From a virus (lineage: Duplodnaviria; Caudoviricetes): DNA of 37,284 bases. The notes beneath the pieces were generated by a model that worked only from the letters and a program-made list of their open reading frames with translations, was not told the origin of the DNA and did no database searches. Where the stretch lies: positions 1 to 37,284 of IMG/VR virus record IMGVR_UViG_3300010382_000023; one strand, written 5' to 3'. This document shows, one piece after another, positions 34,930 through 37,284 of this stretch (its first letter is position 1; each line of letters opens with the position of its first letter). The translations under genes and the position numbers were made by a program.

Positions 34930-35763
34930 TTAGGGATTTATCATATAACAATCGGGCACCGGCGTCGACTTGGGCAGAAGCCTTTCTCGCAGCGTTTCGC
35001 TTTTTGGCAATTCGTCCGTGATGACGACGGTCGTGCCGGGGCACAGATACAGGTAAACCCACTGCGCGTCGTCCGCAAGCAAGCGGATGCAGCCGTGGGA
35101 CGCGGGCGCGCCGAGCTTCCAGAATTCCTCCTCCATCAGGTAGCGGTCGTCCCGCTGGGAATAGGGGATGGAATGGAAATAGATCCTGCCTCTGATCTGC
35201 GACCAGTACTGGGCGTAGCAATCGAAGCTTGTGAAGTACGCAAAACGCTTTTTATCCTCGCCCATCGTGAACGTGCCGCGAGGGCTGCGGTCCGTTTCCT
35301 CGATACCGGAGGAGCAGATCATCTCGCGTACAAGCACGTTGTAATTGCCGTACGCGTCCCTTTCATAGATCATAACGACCTGATTCGTCAGATCGACAAC
35401 CGCGATGAATTTTGCCGGATCGTCATTGAGCTTCTCCTCCTCCGGATACCGTCCACCCTCATGCGCGCGAAGGCTCTTTGGCGCCAGCGGATAATCCGCG
35501 CTTTGATATGCCGTAGGCTCCGGGGTCGGGGTCGGCTCCGGCGTGGGTTCCGGCGTCGGCGAGGGGGAAGGCGTCGGCTCCTCGGTCGGCGGGGGCGTTG
35601 GCGCAACCTCCGGCGTCGGCGCGAGGGTGACCTCAACGAGCGCGGTCGGTCCGGCCGAAGGCGCGCCCGGCGTGCCCGCGTTCTCCATGCAGGCTGCGAA
35701 CAGGGCAAGTGAAATTACGGAAATAACGGCAAACAGCGTCAGTCTCGCGCGGCAATCTTTCAT
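34930..35763 (-). CDS. Host L,D-transpeptidase (YkuD domain), probable lipoprotein with Pro/Thr linker
   Basis: LFAAC lipobox-like, PTPE repeats, VDLTNQ, IYFHS, ASHGCIRL. Confidence 0.88.
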   Translation of the reverse strand: MKDCRARLTLFAVISVISLALFAACMENAGTPGAPSAGPTALVEVTLAPTPEVAPTPPPTEEPTPSPSPTPEPTPEPTPTPEPTAYQSADYPLAPKSLRAHEGGRYPEEEKLNDDPAKFIAVVDLTNQVVMIYERDAYGNYNVLVREMICSSGIEETDRSPRGTFTMGEDKKRFAYFTSFDCYAQYWSQIRGRIYFHSIPYSQRDDRYLMEEEFWKLGAPASHGCIRLLADDAQWVYLYLCPGTTVVITDELPKSETLRERLLPKSTPVPDCYMINP

Positions 35764-35955
35764 CTGTGGCTCCCTAAGCGTCGGTTCCCGATGATTGTAC
35801 CATATCCCCCGCACCCGCAACAACCCGGACGGGCCGTTTGGCCATATATTTTCGCCGCCTGCGGATGCTCGCCGCCTGCACCTTTCTTCCGGCCCCTTCA
35901 TAGCTTATGTATTAGGGCGCGGTTCGTCGCCCAATAAAGGCAGAGGTATGGCAGT

Positions 35956-37284
35956 ATGAGAATTTTAAGACGCGGCGACACGGGCGGCGACGTAAAAGTT
36001 GCGCAAACTGCGCTCACGCGCGCAGGATACGCCCCGGGCCCGATAGACGGCGTGTTCGGAAAACAGATGGAAGGCGCCGTACTCCAATTCCAAAGCGCAA
36101 TGAATATCAGGCAGGACGGGATTATCGGCCCTGTTACATGGTCGTATCTTGAGCCCTATATAAACGCATCAAGCCCGGAGGTCCTGCAGCTCGGCAGCCG
36201 GGGAGAAACGGTAAAAATCCTGCAGATGGCGCTCAAGGCTTCCGGCAACGACCCGGGCGCGATCGACGGCATTTTCGGCACGAAAACCCAGGCCGCGCTC
36301 AAAGCCTTTCAAAGGGCCGCGGGTATACCGGAAACCGGCACCACGAACGTGATCACCTGGCTTGCCCTGTCGCCGTATCTCGATTATACCAACGTGCAGC
36401 TCAGGCGCGGCAGCACGGGCATGTATGTCGCGATCCTGCAGGCGGCCCTCATCAACGCGTGCCAGAATCCCGGCGCGATCGACGGCAACTTCGGCTCGAA
36501 AACCCAGGCGGCCGTTGCCGCCTTCCAGAAGGCAAACAACCTTACGGCTGACGGTACCGTCGGCTCCCTGACATGGGCGGCTCTCAAGCCCCACATCACC
36601 GGCAAGATCGTGCCTCATACCGTTGCGCAGGGGGATACGCTGGAGACGATCGCTCAAATGTATCATACGACGGTGAGCGACATCCTCGAACTGAACCCGC
36701 GCACGGGCACGCAGCTTTACGCGGGCGAGATCCTGTATATCCCGGTGAACAGCTGCGCGACCGGCGGCAGCACGAGCCTCAGCATCACAAGCGGCATGGA
36801 CAGTATGGACTACAGCGGCATGGACAGTATGGAATACAGCGGCAAAGGCAAAGCCGGAAAAATGGGCAAACCCGAAAACATGGGCAATGCCAAAAACATG
36901 GGCAATGCCAAAAACATGGGTGAACCCGAAAACATGGGCAAACCTGAAAACATGGGCAAAGCCGGAAACATGGACAGTGTTGGAAACATGAACAATGCCG
37001 GAAACATGGGCAAACCCGAAAACATGGGCAGTGCTGGAAACATGGGCAGCGCCGGAAACATGGGCAGCGCCGGAAACATGGGCAGCGCCGGAAACATGGG
37101 CAGCGCCGGAAACATGGGCAGCGCCGGAAACATGGGCAGCGCCGGAAACATGGGCAGCGCCGGAAGCAGCAACAAAAGCATGGTAACCGGCAGCACAGGT
37201 GCGGTCAACAAAAGCACCGTCGGCGTAGGAAGCACGGGCACCTGCGGCAACGGCTGCACCAGCATCTGCGGGCCTTTCTGCTAA
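35956..37284 (+). CDS. Host protein with three PG-binding domains, LysM and a repetitive tail (possibly sporulation-related)
   Basis: Three LRRG...DG.FG..T..A...FQ units, HTVAQGDTLETIAQMY LysM, NMG hexapeptide repeats; weak sigmaK-like AC-N17-CATAGCTTA upstream. Confidence 0.85.
   Translation: MRILRRGDTGGDVKVAQTALTRAGYAPGPIDGVFGKQMEGAVLQFQSAMNIRQDGIIGPVTWSYLEPYINASSPEVLQLGSRGETVKILQMALKASGNDPGAIDGIFGTKTQAALKAFQRAAGIPETGTTNVITWLALSPYLDYTNVQLRRGSTGMYVAILQAALINACQNPGAIDGNFGSKTQAAVAAFQKANNLTADGTVGSLTWAALKPHITGKIVPHTVAQGDTLETIAQMYHTTVSDILELNPRTGTQLYAGEILYIPVNSCATGGSTSLSITSGMDSMDYSGMDSMEYSGKGKAGKMGKPENMGNAKNMGNAKNMGEPENMGKPENMGKAGNMDSVGNMNNAGNMGKPENMGSAGNMGSAGNMGSAGNMGSAGNMGSAGNMGSAGNMGSAGNMGSAGSSNKSMVTGSTGAVNKSTVGVGSTGTCGNGCTSICGPFC
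37036..37161 (+). repeat. Coding 18-bp tandem repeat, 7 perfect copies, with degenerate copies upstream
   Basis: GGAAACATGGGCAGCGCC x7 encoding GNMGSA. Confidence 0.9.

Noticed and set aside
36860-37161. 18-bp repeats as a CRISPR array
   Set aside because: Head-to-tail with no spacers, and in frame within a CDS

Overview
Positions 1 to about 34,700 are most of a temperate prophage of a Bacillota (Clostridia-like) host. The virion looks podovirus-like: P22-type portal, N4-gp56-type capsid, no recognisable tail tube or tape measure. It is integrated next to an elongator tRNA-Met and an initiator tRNA-fMet; two host cell-wall genes follow. Right to left the modules are integrase, ImmA/CI/Cro switch, recombination and replication (ERF, SSB, initiator with iterons, RusA), late activator, terminases, portal, scaffold, capsid, tail proteins, a 2934-aa polyvalent (probably ejected) protein, an arc/ant-like antirepressor cassette, tail fibre, endolysin/holins and a HEPN moron. 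The main hidden layer is inside the 2934-aa gene. (i) An internal consensus promoter precedes four tandem paralogous ~58-aa genes overprinted in the +1 frame, each with its own RBS, just before the HExxH peptidase domain. (ii) Each of two predicted RNase-fold domains is followed by antisense promoter-structured RNA units: one after the LPD3-like domain and three diverged copies after the MuF-C-like domain. I interpret this as an effector gene carrying embedded immunity arrays (inference). The prophage also has a promoter-driven solitary type I-C CRISPR repeat (candidate RNA anti-CRISPR) and a likely antisense-RNA-controlled RBS switch upstream of the antirepressor. All family assignments come from motifs recognised by eye; no searches or folding programs were run.
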